Source of the DNA: Alloprevotella sp.
Lineage (GTDB): Bacteria > Bacteroidota > Bacteroidia > Bacteroidales > UBA932
Direction: 5' to 3'
Length of the DNA stretch: 64,000 bases
NCBI GenBank assembly: GCA_963643135.1
Contig: CAVIJA010000002.1
Location: 23,311 to 87,310, forward strand
Below the pieces are notes generated by a model. The model searched no databases. It was not told where the DNA came from and saw only the letters and a list, made by a program, of their open reading frames with translations. Below are positions 1 to 9,705 of this stretch, piece by piece; the stretch's first letter is position 1; the number at the start of each line of letters is the position of its first letter. The translations under genes and the position numbers were made by a program.

Positions 1-273
1 ACGGCCGGCACGCTGTGCAAGGCCGCCGAGGTGCTGATGGGCAAGGGGGCCGCGAGCGTGCGCGCCTGCGCCACCCACGGCATCTTCTCGGGCGGAGCGG
101 TGGAGAGAATCCACGATTCGGCCCTCAAGGAAGTGTTCGTCACGGACACCATCCCTCATCCGGAACTCGCCGGCGACCCGAAAATCAAGACCGTGACGAT
201 GACCAATGTCTTCGCCGACATGATCCACAAGGTATACAATTACGAATCAATAAGCAGCGATTTCGCATTCTGA
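1..273 (+). CDS. prs: ribose-phosphate pyrophosphokinase (PRPP synthetase), C-terminal fragment; the 5' end lies outside the window
   Basis: Frame 1 is open from base 1 to the TGA at 271-273. The translation TAGTLCKAAEVLMGKGAASVRACATHGIFSGGAVERI...VFVTDTIPH is the PRPP-binding loop and C-terminal part typical of Prs. Confidence 0.85.
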   Translation, partial: TAGTLCKAAEVLMGKGAASVRACATHGIFSGGAVERIHDSALKEVFVTDTIPHPELAGDPKIKTVTMTNVFADMIHKVYNYESISSDFAF

Positions 274-277
274 GACT

Positions 278-514
278 ATGGCGGTGTTTCTTCTGACGGC
301 GGCGATTCTCCTCATCTGCGCGGTGGGGCTGTGCTTCAACGTCCTCTTCCGCGGGAAGGAGTTCCCACACTATGACGTAGGGTCCAACGAGGAGATGCGA
401 CGCAGGGGAATACGCTGTTTCAAGGACGTGGACGCCGAGCTGCAGCGCCGGAGTTGCAGCGGCAATTCGGGTGACGAATGCAAAGAATGTAAGTTCGCAA
501 GTCCGAAAAAATAA
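278..514 (+). CDS. small Cys-rich membrane protein (78 aa), function unknown
   Basis: ATG at 278, only 4 nt after the prs stop, and the ORF ends 5 nt before der. It has an N-terminal hydrophobic helix ([24 protein letters not shown]) followed by a charged tail with four Cys (RC..SCSG..ECKEC). The layout resembles NqrM, but I cannot confirm homology. Confidence 0.55.
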   Translation: MAVFLLTAAILLICAVGLCFNVLFRGKEFPHYDVGSNEEMRRRGIRCFKDVDAELQRRSCSGNSGDECKECKFASPKK

Positions 515-519
515 CTTAT

Positions 520-1827
520 ATGAGCATAGTAGCGATAGTAGGAAGGCCTAACGTAGGCAAATCGACGCTCTTCAACCGCCTGGTCGGCATGAGGAAAGCC
601 ATCGTGGACGATACGGCGGGCGTGACGCGCGACCGCCACTACGGCCGTTGCGACTGGTGCGGAAGGGAATTTTCCGTAATCGATACCGGAGGATACACCA
701 CCAACTCCGACGACGTGTTCGAGAGTGCGATACGGGCCCAGGTGCAGATAGCCATAGACGAGTCCGACGTGGTGCTCTTTATGGTGGAGGCCGCCACCGG
801 GATCACCGACTACGACTCCGAGATGGCGGACATCCTGCGGCGCACGCGCAAGCCGGTGATACTCTGCGTCAACAAGGTGGACAGCGGAGAGAAGATGTAC
901 GACAGCTACCAGTTCTACTCCCTCGGACTCGGCGAGATATTCAGCATCTCCGCGGCCAACGGGAGCGGGACGGGCGAACTGCTCGACGCCGTCGTGGCCG
1001 CCCTTCCGGAGGACACGCAGACCGCAGACCCGTATGCGGGACTTCCTAGAATCACGATAGTCGGCAAGCCTAACGTGGGCAAATCGTCGCTCACCAACGC
1101 CCTGCTCGGGGAGGACCGCAACATAGTCACCCCCGTCGCCGGCACCACGCGGGACGCCATCGAGACGCACTACAACAAGTTCGGCTTCGAGTTTATGCTG
1201 GTGGACACGGCGGGCATCCGCAGAAAGACCAAAGTCCGCGAAGACCTCGAGTTCTACTCCGTAATGCGTTCCATACGCGCGATAGAGAATTCCGACGTCT
1301 GCATCCTCATGATAGACGCGACGACCGGGATGGAATCCCAGGACCTCAACATCTTCAACCTCATAGTCCGCAACCGCAAGGGCTGCGTGCTGGTAGTCAA
1401 CAAATGGGATCTGTTCATCAAGGATTCCAACACTATGAAAGCCTACAGGGAGGCCCTCAGGGAGAGGCTGGCCCCGTTCAGCGACGTTCCGGTCATATTC
1501 ACTTCGGTGCTGAAGATGCAGCGCATACAGGACGTGCTGACCGCAGCCACCGAAGTCTATGCCAGCTACTCGCAGAAGATACCTACCGCCCGCCTCAACG
1601 AGACCATGCTCCCGATTCTAGAGGAGACTCCGCCGCCGGCGTGGAAGGGCAAATACGTCAAAATCAAGTACGCGACCCAGCTCCCGACCCGCTTCCCGGC
1701 ATTCGCGTTCTTCTGCAATCTGCCGCAGTACGTAAAGGAACCCTACCGCCGCTTCGTGGAGAATCAGCTGCGGGCGAACTTCAATCTCAGCGGCTGCCCC
1801 GTCCAGATCTATTTCAGACAGAAGTAG
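520..1827 (+). CDS. der: ribosome-associated GTPase Der/EngA (tandem GTPase domains plus KH-like C-terminus)
   Basis: Two G1 motifs (GRPNVGKST and GKPNVGKSS), two DTAG/DTGG G3 motifs and two NKVD/NKWD G4 motifs. The 435-aa length is typical. Confidence 0.95.
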   Translation: MSIVAIVGRPNVGKSTLFNRLVGMRKAIVDDTAGVTRDRHYGRCDWCGREFSVIDTGGYTTNSDDVFESAIRAQVQIAIDESDVVLFMVEAATGITDYDSEMADILRRTRKPVILCVNKVDSGEKMYDSYQFYSLGLGEIFSISAANGSGTGELLDAVVAALPEDTQTADPYAGLPRITIVGKPNVGKSSLTNALLGEDRNIVTPVAGTTRDAIETHYNKFGFEFMLVDTAGIRRKTKVREDLEFYSVMRSIRAIENSDVCILMIDATTGMESQDLNIFNLIVRNRKGCVLVVNKWDLFIKDSNTMKAYREALRERLAPFSDVPVIFTSVLKMQRIQDVLTAATEVYASYSQKIPTARLNETMLPILEETPPPAWKGKYVKIKYATQLPTRFPAFAFFCNLPQYVKEPYRRFVENQLRANFNLSGCPVQIYFRQK

Positions 1828-1830
1828 GAA

Positions 1831-4800
1831 TTACTTAGGATAGGAGATGGTGAAGCACGCACCGCCCAGCGAGAATGAGCGGGAATATCCTATCGTGGCC
1901 CCGCAGCGCTCAAGTATGCTGCGGCTGATGGCGAGTCCGAGGCCGGAACCGCCATTCTTGGTCGTGAAGTTCGGAGTAAAGAGCCGCCCGACATTCTCTT
2001 CGGACACTCCCGGGCCGTTGTCCTCGAAGACTATGTCATAGAATCCGTCGCGCATCGAATTGCGCAGGGACACTATTATATGCCCGTCCTGACGCTCGTC
2101 GATGGCCTGCACAGAATTGTTGATGAGGTTGACGAACACGCGCGTAATCTGAGGCTTGGGGCCCATTATCGTGACGTCGTTGAGTCCGATGAAGTCGAAA
2201 CGGATATTGTCCTTGCTGTCGAACATCGCTATCTCCTCCTGAATCACCTTGTCAAGCGCTATCTCCACAGGCTCCTCCGTATAGAGCTTGGCGAAGGTGG
2301 AGAATTCGTTGGCGGTGTCCGTGAGGATGTCGATATGGTCGAGCAGCACCTTGCTCGCCTCGTCGAAGCGCTCCTGCCAGGACGGATCGTTCTTCTGCTT
2401 GAGCCGTATTATCCTCTGTATCTGAAGTTTCATCGGGGTGAGAGGATTCTTTATCTCGTGCGCCACCTGCCTTGCCATCTCGCTCCACGCCTTGTCGCGC
2501 TCGGCCTGGGCGAGTTTGCGCGAACTGTCGGAAAGCTCCTTCACCATACGGTTGTAGGCCTGCACGATCGAGGAGATTTCGTCGTCCCTGTCGTAGCTGA
2601 TATATTCCAGCGACTCGAGGCCGGCGGTGTTCATCTTGCGGCTCATCTCGCTCAGCGGCCTGAACATCCTGTCCACGACCCTGGAGACCATCAGCAGCGC
2701 CATCAGGAGAAATACCAGGAAGAGGGAGACTATGGTCATCGAATGGGTGACGGCGTCCTCTTCGAAGTCGTAGTTGTCCTCGTTGTAAGGAGAGCAGATG
2801 ATGGCTATCATATCCCCGGAGTCGTTCATTATCGGGGCGTACATACTGTAGAACGTCGTGTTCCACACCCTCTCCTTCTGTATCCAGTAGCGCCGGTGTC
2901 CGTATACTATCTGCCCGTAGGCCCTGCCGTTGATGCGCTCTCCGAGCAGCTGGCGCTCGAAGACCATAGGGGTGGTGGACATCAGCAGGCGGCCGGACGG
3001 CGTATAGAGCGTGATGTCGGAATAGGTGTCCCCTCCCACCTGCTCCACGAGCTTGCGCATCTCGCGGCGGTCGATGTCCGAAGTGCTTCTGACATCCCGA
3101 GCGCCGGCCTCTATCATCGCGGTGATGGAACTTATCTTGTCGGACATCACCGTGTGCATATTGCTGTCATTGCGCGAATAGACGAAGAACACGCTGACGG
3201 AAGCCATCGCAACGAGCGTCAGCACCAGCGAGAGCAGCAGCACTCCGGAAATCCTGGAACGGTAGTAGCTCTGCGCGAAAATCACCTCCTTCTCCCTGCC
3301 GGCCACCATCAGGGACATCACCAGGAAGGCGAGAAGAGCGACGAAAATCTCGGAGACGGCATAGGTCAGGACGGTCACCCTCGGCCGGGATATCACTATC
3401 ACTTCCCTGTCCCCTATCACCGTGAAGAAGTGGGTGTAGCCTTCGCTGACGGAGTAGCTCTGACGCTTGCCCAGGATACGCTCCCTCTGCGCGGAATCCA
3501 TAATCGTCGGGTAGGCGTAGCTGCCCCGGTAGGACTTGAGGTCCTGCCCCTCGTAACGGGCATAGGAATATCCGGCCGGGATGCCGACCTTGCCCGGAGG
3601 GTTGATGCCGAAGATGCCGGCATAGCCCCTGTTGCCCCTCGTGTCCTTGGATTCGAGCCTTATCAGGACCCGCGAGACTCCGCTCCCCTCGATCAGATAG
3701 AGAAAGACCCCCACGTAGTACGAATGGCCTCCGTCCTTCTTGACGTAGAGGAAGCGGGAATTGTCCGCAATCGGGACTCCGTCCTTGAGGATGGAACTGT
3801 ACTGTGCGGCCGCCGCACGGCTGTTGTTGCTGTCGTTGAAGACATAGGCCGTGACGGTGTAGTCCTGGTCGTTGCGGGAGAAATAGTAGTCGGAGATGCG
3901 GCTCTGGATGGTCGCGGCGGTGTTATTGAAGACCGAGAGCGCGGAGATGACCATATCGTCCGCTATCTGCGGCTCGATGCTGCGGAGTCTGAGTTCCAGA
4001 GAGATATCGCGGTCAAACGAGAGCCGGTTGGCAAGCACCTCCATCCTGTCCTGCTCCTTGCGGAAGCCTATCACCGAGGAGGTGATGACAAGGAAGGCGG
4101 AGATGATCAGCGAGAAGGCCACCCTGTTGTTGAGGGAGAAGGCGTCGTAGCGGAAGCCGAATTCCTTTCTGACCACCGGCTGGACCGTCTGCAGGAGCAG
4201 CGGCACGCTCATCAGCATCGTGATGAAAGAGGTATATACCACTACGCAGAAGAGCGAGAGTTCCGAGAGCTTGAAAATCTCGAGGGAAATGCCGGAATTG
4301 AGAATGATGCTCCGCAGCGCCGCCTGGGTGTAGAAGAGGATGCCCGCCACGGAAAGGAGGGCCGCCACGACGGAGGCGATGCGCGCTCCCCTAGTCCGGA
4401 ATCGGAGCGCGAGGGCGTTGCGGCACATATAGATGCACAGGGCGCAGATGAGTATCGTGAGGTTGATGATCACGACAGCTCCGAGAGAATACAGCAGTTC
4501 GTCGCCGGCATATAGCAGCGGAGAGAATATGGCGAACCTCACCTTGATGGTGCGCCCCCAGAAATAGAAAGTGAGCATTACCGCGAGAAAGGCGGCAATC
4601 ACTATGCGCAGGCGTTTCAGAGAAGGGTCGGCGGAGAGGAACACGAGGGCGGAACTGATGAAGAGCAGCAGCGCAATCCAGAGCAGCGCGGAATTGGCCG
4701 AGCCTGAAGAGCTGAGAGTCTCGCAGCGTATGTCGAAGAGCGGACGGCCTCCGACGCTGACCACCGAACCTCCGTCGGCGGAAAGCGGGCGTATGCTGTA

Positions 4801-5337
4801 CTCCGGCGGGAGATGGAGTTTGGGATTGACCCCGTTGTCCGAACGCAGAGCCTGCATATCCAGTATCTGCAGACCCGCTATCACCCGCACGTCCCCGTGC
4901 GAAGCCGACCTGGTCAGATACCACTTCGGCCCCATATTGACGAAGGACAGCGAATCGCTCACCTGCGAGAGCGGAGAGACGGGCGAAGTCCTCGGATTGG
5001 AGAGGAACGGGACATAGACCTTGAGCTTTATGTTGTCGTTGGAGACGGGGAACTCGTTGCACCAGGACTGGAGGGTGTCGCTGCAATAGCGGTATATCAC
5101 CATATCCTGCGGCACTTTGCCCAGTTCCATCCACTCGGAGGCGTCTCCGGCAAGGGCCTTCCCGACATAGCCGTCGAGGACGTTCATCCGCTTCTCGGCG
5201 ATTCGGGACACCCGGCGGGCGACAGCCCTCGTGTCTCCGGTCACCCTGGATTCCTTGAGGGATGTCAGCAGTACTGTCGCACTCGCCACAAAGAGCACGG
5301 CGGCCGCCAGGTTGCGTATTCTACGGCTCAACTTCAT
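1831..5337 (-). CDS. very large multi-pass membrane sensor histidine kinase, NtrY-like transmitter (1168 aa)
   Basis: The C-terminus carries the H-box QVAHEIKNPLTPMKLQIQRI, the N-box NLINNSVQAI and the G-boxes DNGPGV and GGSGLGLAI. There is a HAMP-like linker (RMFRPLSEMSRKMN). Several hydrophobic blocks lie between about aa 215-430 and 650-720. The ATG overlaps the rlmH stop (ATGA). Confidence 0.9.
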   Translation of the reverse strand: MKLSRRIRNLAAAVLFVASATVLLTSLKESRVTGDTRAVARRVSRIAEKRMNVLDGYVGKALAGDASEWMELGKVPQDMVIYRYCSDTLQSWCNEFPVSNDNIKLKVYVPFLSNPRTSPVSPLSQVSDSLSFVNMGPKWYLTRSASHGDVRVIAGLQILDMQALRSDNGVNPKLHLPPEYSIRPLSADGGSVVSVGGRPLFDIRCETLSSSGSANSALLWIALLLFISSALVFLSADPSLKRLRIVIAAFLAVMLTFYFWGRTIKVRFAIFSPLLYAGDELLYSLGAVVIINLTILICALCIYMCRNALALRFRTRGARIASVVAALLSVAGILFYTQAALRSIILNSGISLEIFKLSELSLFCVVVYTSFITMLMSVPLLLQTVQPVVRKEFGFRYDAFSLNNRVAFSLIISAFLVITSSVIGFRKEQDRMEVLANRLSFDRDISLELRLRSIEPQIADDMVISALSVFNNTAATIQSRISDYYFSRNDQDYTVTAYVFNDSNNSRAAAAQYSSILKDGVPIADNSRFLYVKKDGGHSYYVGVFLYLIEGSGVSRVLIRLESKDTRGNRGYAGIFGINPPGKVGIPAGYSYARYEGQDLKSYRGSYAYPTIMDSAQRERILGKRQSYSVSEGYTHFFTVIGDREVIVISRPRVTVLTYAVSEIFVALLAFLVMSLMVAGREKEVIFAQSYYRSRISGVLLLSLVLTLVAMASVSVFFVYSRNDSNMHTVMSDKISSITAMIEAGARDVRSTSDIDRREMRKLVEQVGGDTYSDITLYTPSGRLLMSTTPMVFERQLLGERINGRAYGQIVYGHRRYWIQKERVWNTTFYSMYAPIMNDSGDMIAIICSPYNEDNYDFEEDAVTHSMTIVSLFLVFLLMALLMVSRVVDRMFRPLSEMSRKMNTAGLESLEYISYDRDDEISSIVQAYNRMVKELSDSSRKLAQAERDKAWSEMARQVAHEIKNPLTPMKLQIQRIIRLKQKNDPSWQERFDEASKVLLDHIDILTDTANEFSTFAKLYTEEPVEIALDKVIQEEIAMFDSKDNIRFDFIGLNDVTIMGPKPQITRVFVNLINNSVQAIDERQDGHIIVSLRNSMRDGFYDIVFEDNGPGVSEENVGRLFTPNFTTKNGGSGLGLAISRSILERCGATIGYSRSFSLGGACFTISYPK

Positions 5338-5807
5338 TCGTGATGGTAGGGTTCACCGCGCATTATGGTGAAGGCGCGGTAGAGTTGCTCTGCAAAAACC
5401 GTTCTCACAAGCTGATGCGAGAAGGTCATCTTCGAAAGGGAAAGCATACCGTCGGCGCGCGCATAGACCCCCTCGGAGAATCCGTACGCTCCGCCGATGG
5501 CGAAGACTATGTCCCTGCCGCCCCGCGAAAGCATCTCCGAAAGCATCGAGGCGAATTCCACCGAACGGTATTCCCGCCCGCGCTCGTCCAGGAGCAGCAG
5601 GCAGTCGGAAGGCTTGATGCAGCGCAGCAGAAGCTCCCCCTCCCTGTCCTTGATGGCCTCCCGGGAAAGGGCCGAGACGTTCTTGAGTTCCGGAATCTCC
5701 CTGACGGAGAAGCGCGCGTAGTGTTCCAGTCTCGACACGTACATTCCGAGACCTTCCCTCACCCAGGGGATATCCGTCTTGCCGACCGTCAGAAGGGTGA
5801 TTTTCAT
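5334..5807 (-). CDS. rlmH: 23S rRNA (pseudouridine1915-N3)-methyltransferase RlmH (SPOUT family)
   Basis: 157 aa. MKITLLTVGKT...LLDERGREYRSVEFA...IGGAYGFS...LSLSKMTFSHQLVR matches the YbeA/RlmH pattern. There are 4-nt overlaps at both ends. Confidence 0.9.
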   Translation of the reverse strand: MKITLLTVGKTDIPWVREGLGMYVSRLEHYARFSVREIPELKNVSALSREAIKDREGELLLRCIKPSDCLLLLDERGREYRSVEFASMLSEMLSRGGRDIVFAIGGAYGFSEGVYARADGMLSLSKMTFSHQLVRTVFAEQLYRAFTIMRGEPYHHE

Positions 5808-8581
5808 TTATCCTCAAGATACGGCCTCGCCCAGTGCATCACCTCTATCGCATTGAGCAGCCACTGCGTCGTGGCCGGGGTATGCCTCTGCCATCCGGCG
5901 CTGCGTCCGAGGAAGTACGGTTCGGCGACCGGCTTGACTATGTCCGGAGTGGCCACCGGATTCTCTGTGGAATGTTCCCTCACAGGGGTGCCGTCGCTCT
6001 CCTTGGGAGTGTCGCCGTTGTCCAGAAGTCCCTTCCAGGCAAGAGCGCCCATCTCGGCGTCATCCTGCGAATCCGCCACCCACGCAGCCATCCTCGGCCC
6101 CGTCATACTGTTGCCCGGGGCGGCGGAGACGTCGCGGAAGGAGTTGTCCGCCAGTTTCCAGAATTCCGGATAGTCGACCGTGGCCCTCATGTCCGTCAGC
6201 AGTTCCGGCGCACCGAAAAGCAGACTGAAGGTATCGCCGCGCACCTTGCCGAGACGGTATCCGACTATCTTCTCAAGTTTCTTGCGGCTCAGGCTTGCAG
6301 CCGGGACGAAATCGCTCTCCGGAGCCTCCACCGAGCCTTTGAATTCCGGGTCCTCCTTGAGATAGACCATAAAGCGGCCGGTCTCCGGATCGAAGTAGTC
6401 GAAGGCGAGTCTGCCGCTCAGACTGCCGAGGGCGACTATGTCCTTCATCGAATTGAGCAGCCTGTCGCGGTAATATTCGCTGCCCGTACGTTCCCATTCG
6501 AGCATCCAGTTGCTTGCGTAATAGGCCCAGTCATTGAGGCTTCCCTTGAGATAGGTGCCGGATGCGGCTCCCCAGGTGCTGACCCTGCGGGCATATTCGT
6601 AGGCCTTCTCGGAGCCTATCTGCTCGGTCATCAGTTCTCCCGTGAGCGCATCGCCGCCGGTGAGATAGTAGAGATAGCGCTTCATCGCGGCATACTCTAT
6701 GCGCGGCTGCTTGCATCCGTCGCCCCAGTGCTTGACGTTGTGTCTCGTCCCCAGAGGCGCGAAGCGTCCGATATGGTGCACGTCGACCTCGCTGGAGTGC
6801 TTCTCCATAGCCTCGGCCATAGTCCACGCGTCTTCCCTGCCCGTACGGATAAAACAGGTCCACAGCAGCACGTTGGGTGCGAGTTCGATATTGTTCCAGG
6901 CCCAGCCGCCGATGTCGTAGCGCCAGTCGTGGCGGGTGAAGTCGTAGTTGTGCATCACGTCGCCGTAGTTCCAGAAGCCGTACCAGGAGCGCTGGTCCAC
7001 CTGCTCCCTGTAGAAGTCGAGCTTGTCGGAGAGCTGCTTCTCAATCCCGGCGGTGAGTTCCGTACTCATATCCGGCAGGCCCCAGTAGGTGCCGAACGCG
7101 CTGACGGAATAGAAATATTCCGGAGAACAGCTGTACTGCACCGGCTTCTGCACCGCCTTCGCCACGGCGAGAAGTTCCGTATTGTCCGGAATACCGTCGA
7201 AGAGCCTTATTTCCAGGGTGGAACGGTGTCCCACTCCATAAGGGGACTCCCAGCCTTCCTTGAAATCCTCGTAATTGATTCTGAGGTTGTGACCTTCGGT
7301 GTCATAGTGGCGCATATCCATCGCCTCCCCGTCCGGAGACCACAGCCAGGCGGTCAGAAAGCCTCGCTCCTCGCCGGCCCTGTCGACGGCGAGCGATGCG
7401 GGATAGCTCTGCCAGAAGTCCTTGACCCCCACGAAGACGCTCCCTGAGGTGTCGCCGAGCAGGGCTCCTCCCAGAGACCTCCCTCCGTCGGTCACGTGAA
7501 CCCAGGAACTCTCCGAGGTGGTACGCTTGTCTATCGAGAAACCGTTGGGGCTGTTCTGCACGAGACGCATATCTCCCCACAGCGGACAGGTCAGCAGGGC
7601 CTCCCGCTCACTGTCCTTCAAGTCTTTGAGTGCGGGCAGGCGGCCTCCCTTGAGATATTGGGCGTAGTTGTCGAGGAACACCCGTCCGGCAGACGGACGG
7701 TATCCCGGGGCGAGCCTCACCGGCTGACACCAGAATCCGGCCCCGTCCCTGCCGTCACCCGCAAAGCGTACGTGACGGTTGTGTGCTTCGTCGCGGAACG
7801 GCACCTCGAAGCGGACTCCCAGTCCCTTGATGAAATCCTCCTGTCCGTCGCTGTCGAAGACGAAAGAATGTGTCAGGCTGACGGTGGCCATATCCTTGTA
7901 CATCACGCAGAAGAGCTTGAACGGCAGCCATTCGCGGCTTCCGCTCAGAGACTTGTGCCTGCCCTCGATTCTGACCGTGGCCTTGACGGGGTCGTTCTGC
8001 ACCAGCGACACCGACTCCACCTTGCCACTGAAGTCCTCATACGTCGCGGAATTCTCTCCGCGCTTCTCCAGAATCATCACGAGGGCGGCTTCCGACACCA
8101 CTGTAGTGCCGTTCGTCTTCATATCCCGGATGAAGCAGCTCCCGTCGGACGGGAAGAGGCAGCTCATAGCTCCGGTGTCGACGAATATCCCTTCGGAAGT
8201 CTGCACTGCAAGTCCTCCGTCGGCCTGCGCAGCGGCGCGGGAGCGTCCCCTGCGAGGCGCCGGACTTACGCTCAGAGAGAGAGCGTCCATCCCCACTTCG
8301 GATACTGCAGCGAGTCCGAGCCACTTCAGAGAGCCGTCAGGCCAATAGGCAAGCGGCCGGGCGGAGACCGGGACGGCGTTCCCGCCGGACTTCAGCTCGA
8401 ACACGGCGTCGGGGCGGACCGTGCCCTTGGCGAAAGGCACTCCCCAGGAACTGCCCTGCCGGACAGCGGCCCCGCGGCCTTCGAGACAGGTGAAACCGAT
8501 ATTCTGCGCATCAGCGCAACATAGCGCCAGGACAAGCGCCAGAAGGGATGTTAGCGGCTTTTTCATATCTGTAAACGTCAT
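5804..8581 (-). CDS. large exported protein of unknown function (925 aa; possibly a carbohydrate-active enzyme)
   Basis: Long ORF with normal amino-acid composition and a Sec signal peptide (MKKPLTSLLALVLALCCADAQ). An alternative ATG lies at 8566. The sequence is rich in W/Y/D like glycan-active enzymes, but I recognised no catalytic motif. The stop overlaps the rlmH ATG. Confidence 0.8.
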   Translation of the reverse strand: MTFTDMKKPLTSLLALVLALCCADAQNIGFTCLEGRGAAVRQGSSWGVPFAKGTVRPDAVFELKSGGNAVPVSARPLAYWPDGSLKWLGLAAVSEVGMDALSLSVSPAPRRGRSRAAAQADGGLAVQTSEGIFVDTGAMSCLFPSDGSCFIRDMKTNGTTVVSEAALVMILEKRGENSATYEDFSGKVESVSLVQNDPVKATVRIEGRHKSLSGSREWLPFKLFCVMYKDMATVSLTHSFVFDSDGQEDFIKGLGVRFEVPFRDEAHNRHVRFAGDGRDGAGFWCQPVRLAPGYRPSAGRVFLDNYAQYLKGGRLPALKDLKDSEREALLTCPLWGDMRLVQNSPNGFSIDKRTTSESSWVHVTDGGRSLGGALLGDTSGSVFVGVKDFWQSYPASLAVDRAGEERGFLTAWLWSPDGEAMDMRHYDTEGHNLRINYEDFKEGWESPYGVGHRSTLEIRLFDGIPDNTELLAVAKAVQKPVQYSCSPEYFYSVSAFGTYWGLPDMSTELTAGIEKQLSDKLDFYREQVDQRSWYGFWNYGDVMHNYDFTRHDWRYDIGGWAWNNIELAPNVLLWTCFIRTGREDAWTMAEAMEKHSSEVDVHHIGRFAPLGTRHNVKHWGDGCKQPRIEYAAMKRYLYYLTGGDALTGELMTEQIGSEKAYEYARRVSTWGAASGTYLKGSLNDWAYYASNWMLEWERTGSEYYRDRLLNSMKDIVALGSLSGRLAFDYFDPETGRFMVYLKEDPEFKGSVEAPESDFVPAASLSRKKLEKIVGYRLGKVRGDTFSLLFGAPELLTDMRATVDYPEFWKLADNSFRDVSAAPGNSMTGPRMAAWVADSQDDAEMGALAWKGLLDNGDTPKESDGTPVREHSTENPVATPDIVKPVAEPYFLGRSAGWQRHTPATTQWLLNAIEVMHWARPYLEDK

Positions 8582-8594
8582 TTTCGTTATCTTA

Positions 8595-8602
8595 CAAATA
8601 TA
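8595..8602 (-). promoter_or_regulatory. -7 box for the exported-protein/rlmH/kinase string
   Basis: The minus strand reads TATATTTG, 13 nt upstream of the ATG at 8581 and 28 nt upstream of the ATG at 8566. Confidence 0.45.
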
Positions 8603-8664
8603 GTGATATGGCGCGATATTTGCAACACTGCGATTTCGTGCAAGTTTTTACGAAAATAGCGACG

Positions 8665-9039
8665 ATGGTCATCCCGCTTCTGCTCTGCTCCCAGCTGCAG
8701 GCTCAGACGGACAGGAACGATGTCTTCTCGCCCATCGGCAAATATATCGTAAAAGGCGACGCCGACTGTCTGTCGGCGTGGTTCGACGACAATCTCGAAA
8801 TCAGCGTGACCTCCCGGGAGAGCAACGCGAGCAGGGCGCAGGCCAGGCAGATACTCAAGACCTTCTTCGACGCCTACACCCCCCAGTCGTTCAACATCAC
8901 CCACACGGCCGAAAGGCCGAGCATGAAATACGCCCTCGGCAACCTCAACGCCGGCGGAGAGACGTTTTCGGTGACGATATTCGTGAGCGTCAAGGACGAC
9001 GGATACAAGATTCAGCAATTAAAAATAGAGCGCCTGTAA
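8665..9039 (+). CDS. DUF4783-like small secreted protein
   Basis: The track ORF starts at 8608, but the ATG at 8665 gives a clean signal peptide (MVIPLLLCSQLQAQ) and leaves room for a promoter. The body (...SAWFDDNLEISV...ASRAQARQILKTFF...TFSVTIFV...YKIQQLKIE) resembles the Bacteroidetes DUF4783 family as I remember it. Confidence 0.65.
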   Translation: MVIPLLLCSQLQAQTDRNDVFSPIGKYIVKGDADCLSAWFDDNLEISVTSRESNASRAQARQILKTFFDAYTPQSFNITHTAERPSMKYALGNLNAGGETFSVTIFVSVKDDGYKIQQLKIERL

Positions 9040-9048
9040 AAGGCGCTC
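9028..9048. terminator. hairpin between the convergent DUF4783 gene and efp
   Basis: GAGCGCC-TGTAAAA-GGCGCTC (7-bp stem, with the stop codon in the loop), followed by CATCTTTTT on the + strand. Confidence 0.5.
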
Positions 9049-9079
9049 CATCTTTTTCATCATTACTAAGACAACGGGA

Positions 9080-9643
9080 CTATACCCTCTGTCCGTATGA
9101 ACGGTCCGTGGTGTTGACCGTGATTTTCTCTCCCGTCTCGATAAAGAGGGGAACCATTATCTTGGCTCCGGTCTCGAGGGTGACCTCCTTGAGGGCGGAA
9201 GTGGAAGCGGTGTTGCCCTTGACGGCAGGCTCCGAATATGTGACTTCGAGGGTCACGTACGTAGGAAGCTCGCAGGTGAGGCACTTCTCCTCCCCGACCA
9301 CGAACATCATCTCCACGTGCTGGCCTTCCTTCATCAGGTCGGAATTCTCCACGACGTCCTTCGGAAGAAGGATCTGCTCGTAGGTCTCCTCGTGCATGAA
9401 GTTGAATCCGTCCTCCTCGGCATAGAGGAACTGGTACGGACGGCGCTCGACCTCGATGGTCTCGATTTTCGCGCCGGCGGTGAAGGTGTTCTCAAGGATG
9501 CGGCCGTTCTCAAGGTTGCGGAGCTTCGTCTTCACGAAAGCGGGGCCCTTGCCCGGCTTCACGTGCTGAAACCAGACAATCATACAAGGCTTGTCGTTGA
9601 ACTTGAGATAAAGGCCGTTTTTAAAATCAGCTGTTGTTGCCAT
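9080..9643 (-). CDS. efp: translation elongation factor P
   Basis: 187 aa. The sequence MATTADFKNGLYLKF...VKPGKGPAFVKTKLRNL is canonical EF-P. Confidence 0.95.
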   Translation of the reverse strand: MATTADFKNGLYLKFNDKPCMIVWFQHVKPGKGPAFVKTKLRNLENGRILENTFTAGAKIETIEVERRPYQFLYAEEDGFNFMHEETYEQILLPKDVVENSDLMKEGQHVEMMFVVGEEKCLTCELPTYVTLEVTYSEPAVKGNTASTSALKEVTLETGAKIMVPLFIETGEKITVNTTDRSYGQRV

Positions 9644-9683
9644 AAAGTTATGTATTCTGTTAAAGATTTCGCGATTACGGGCG

Positions 9684-9691
9684 CAAATTTA
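9684..9691 (-). promoter_or_regulatory. -7 box for efp
   Basis: The minus strand reads TAAATTTG, 40 nt upstream of the ATG at 9643. Confidence 0.45.
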
Positions 9692-9705
9692 GTCAAATGG
9701 CGGAA

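Noticed and set aside
2080-4515. 811-aa + strand ORF antisense to the sensor kinase
   Set aside because: It is entirely nested opposite a gene with unmistakable kinase motifs. The translation is dominated by R/H/G/V/L/D/E runs typical of the antisense frame of GC-rich coding DNA, and it has no recognisable motif, signal or promoter.
5834-7447. 537-aa + strand ORF antisense to the 925-aa exported protein. Similar long antisense ORFs occur at 15244-16668, 17093-18364, 21554-22720, 22880-24232, 28030-29079, 35375-36874, 44149-46110, 46733-47836 and 60834-61661
   Set aside because: All are opposite strongly supported genes, show Arg/His/Gly/Pro-rich low-information translations, and are expected in high-GC sequence with few stop codons.
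8608-8664. N-terminal extensions in the ORF track: 8608 (DUF4783), 42110 (acyl-CoA ligase), 43418 (kinase paralogue 2), 46391 (alpha-2-macroglobulin), 31418 (miaB), 14032 (dnaX) and 38818 (ROK)
   Set aside because: The extensions overlap promoter boxes or neighbouring genes, several begin at TTG or GTG, and a downstream ATG gives a canonical N-terminus (signal peptide, P-loop or conserved family start).
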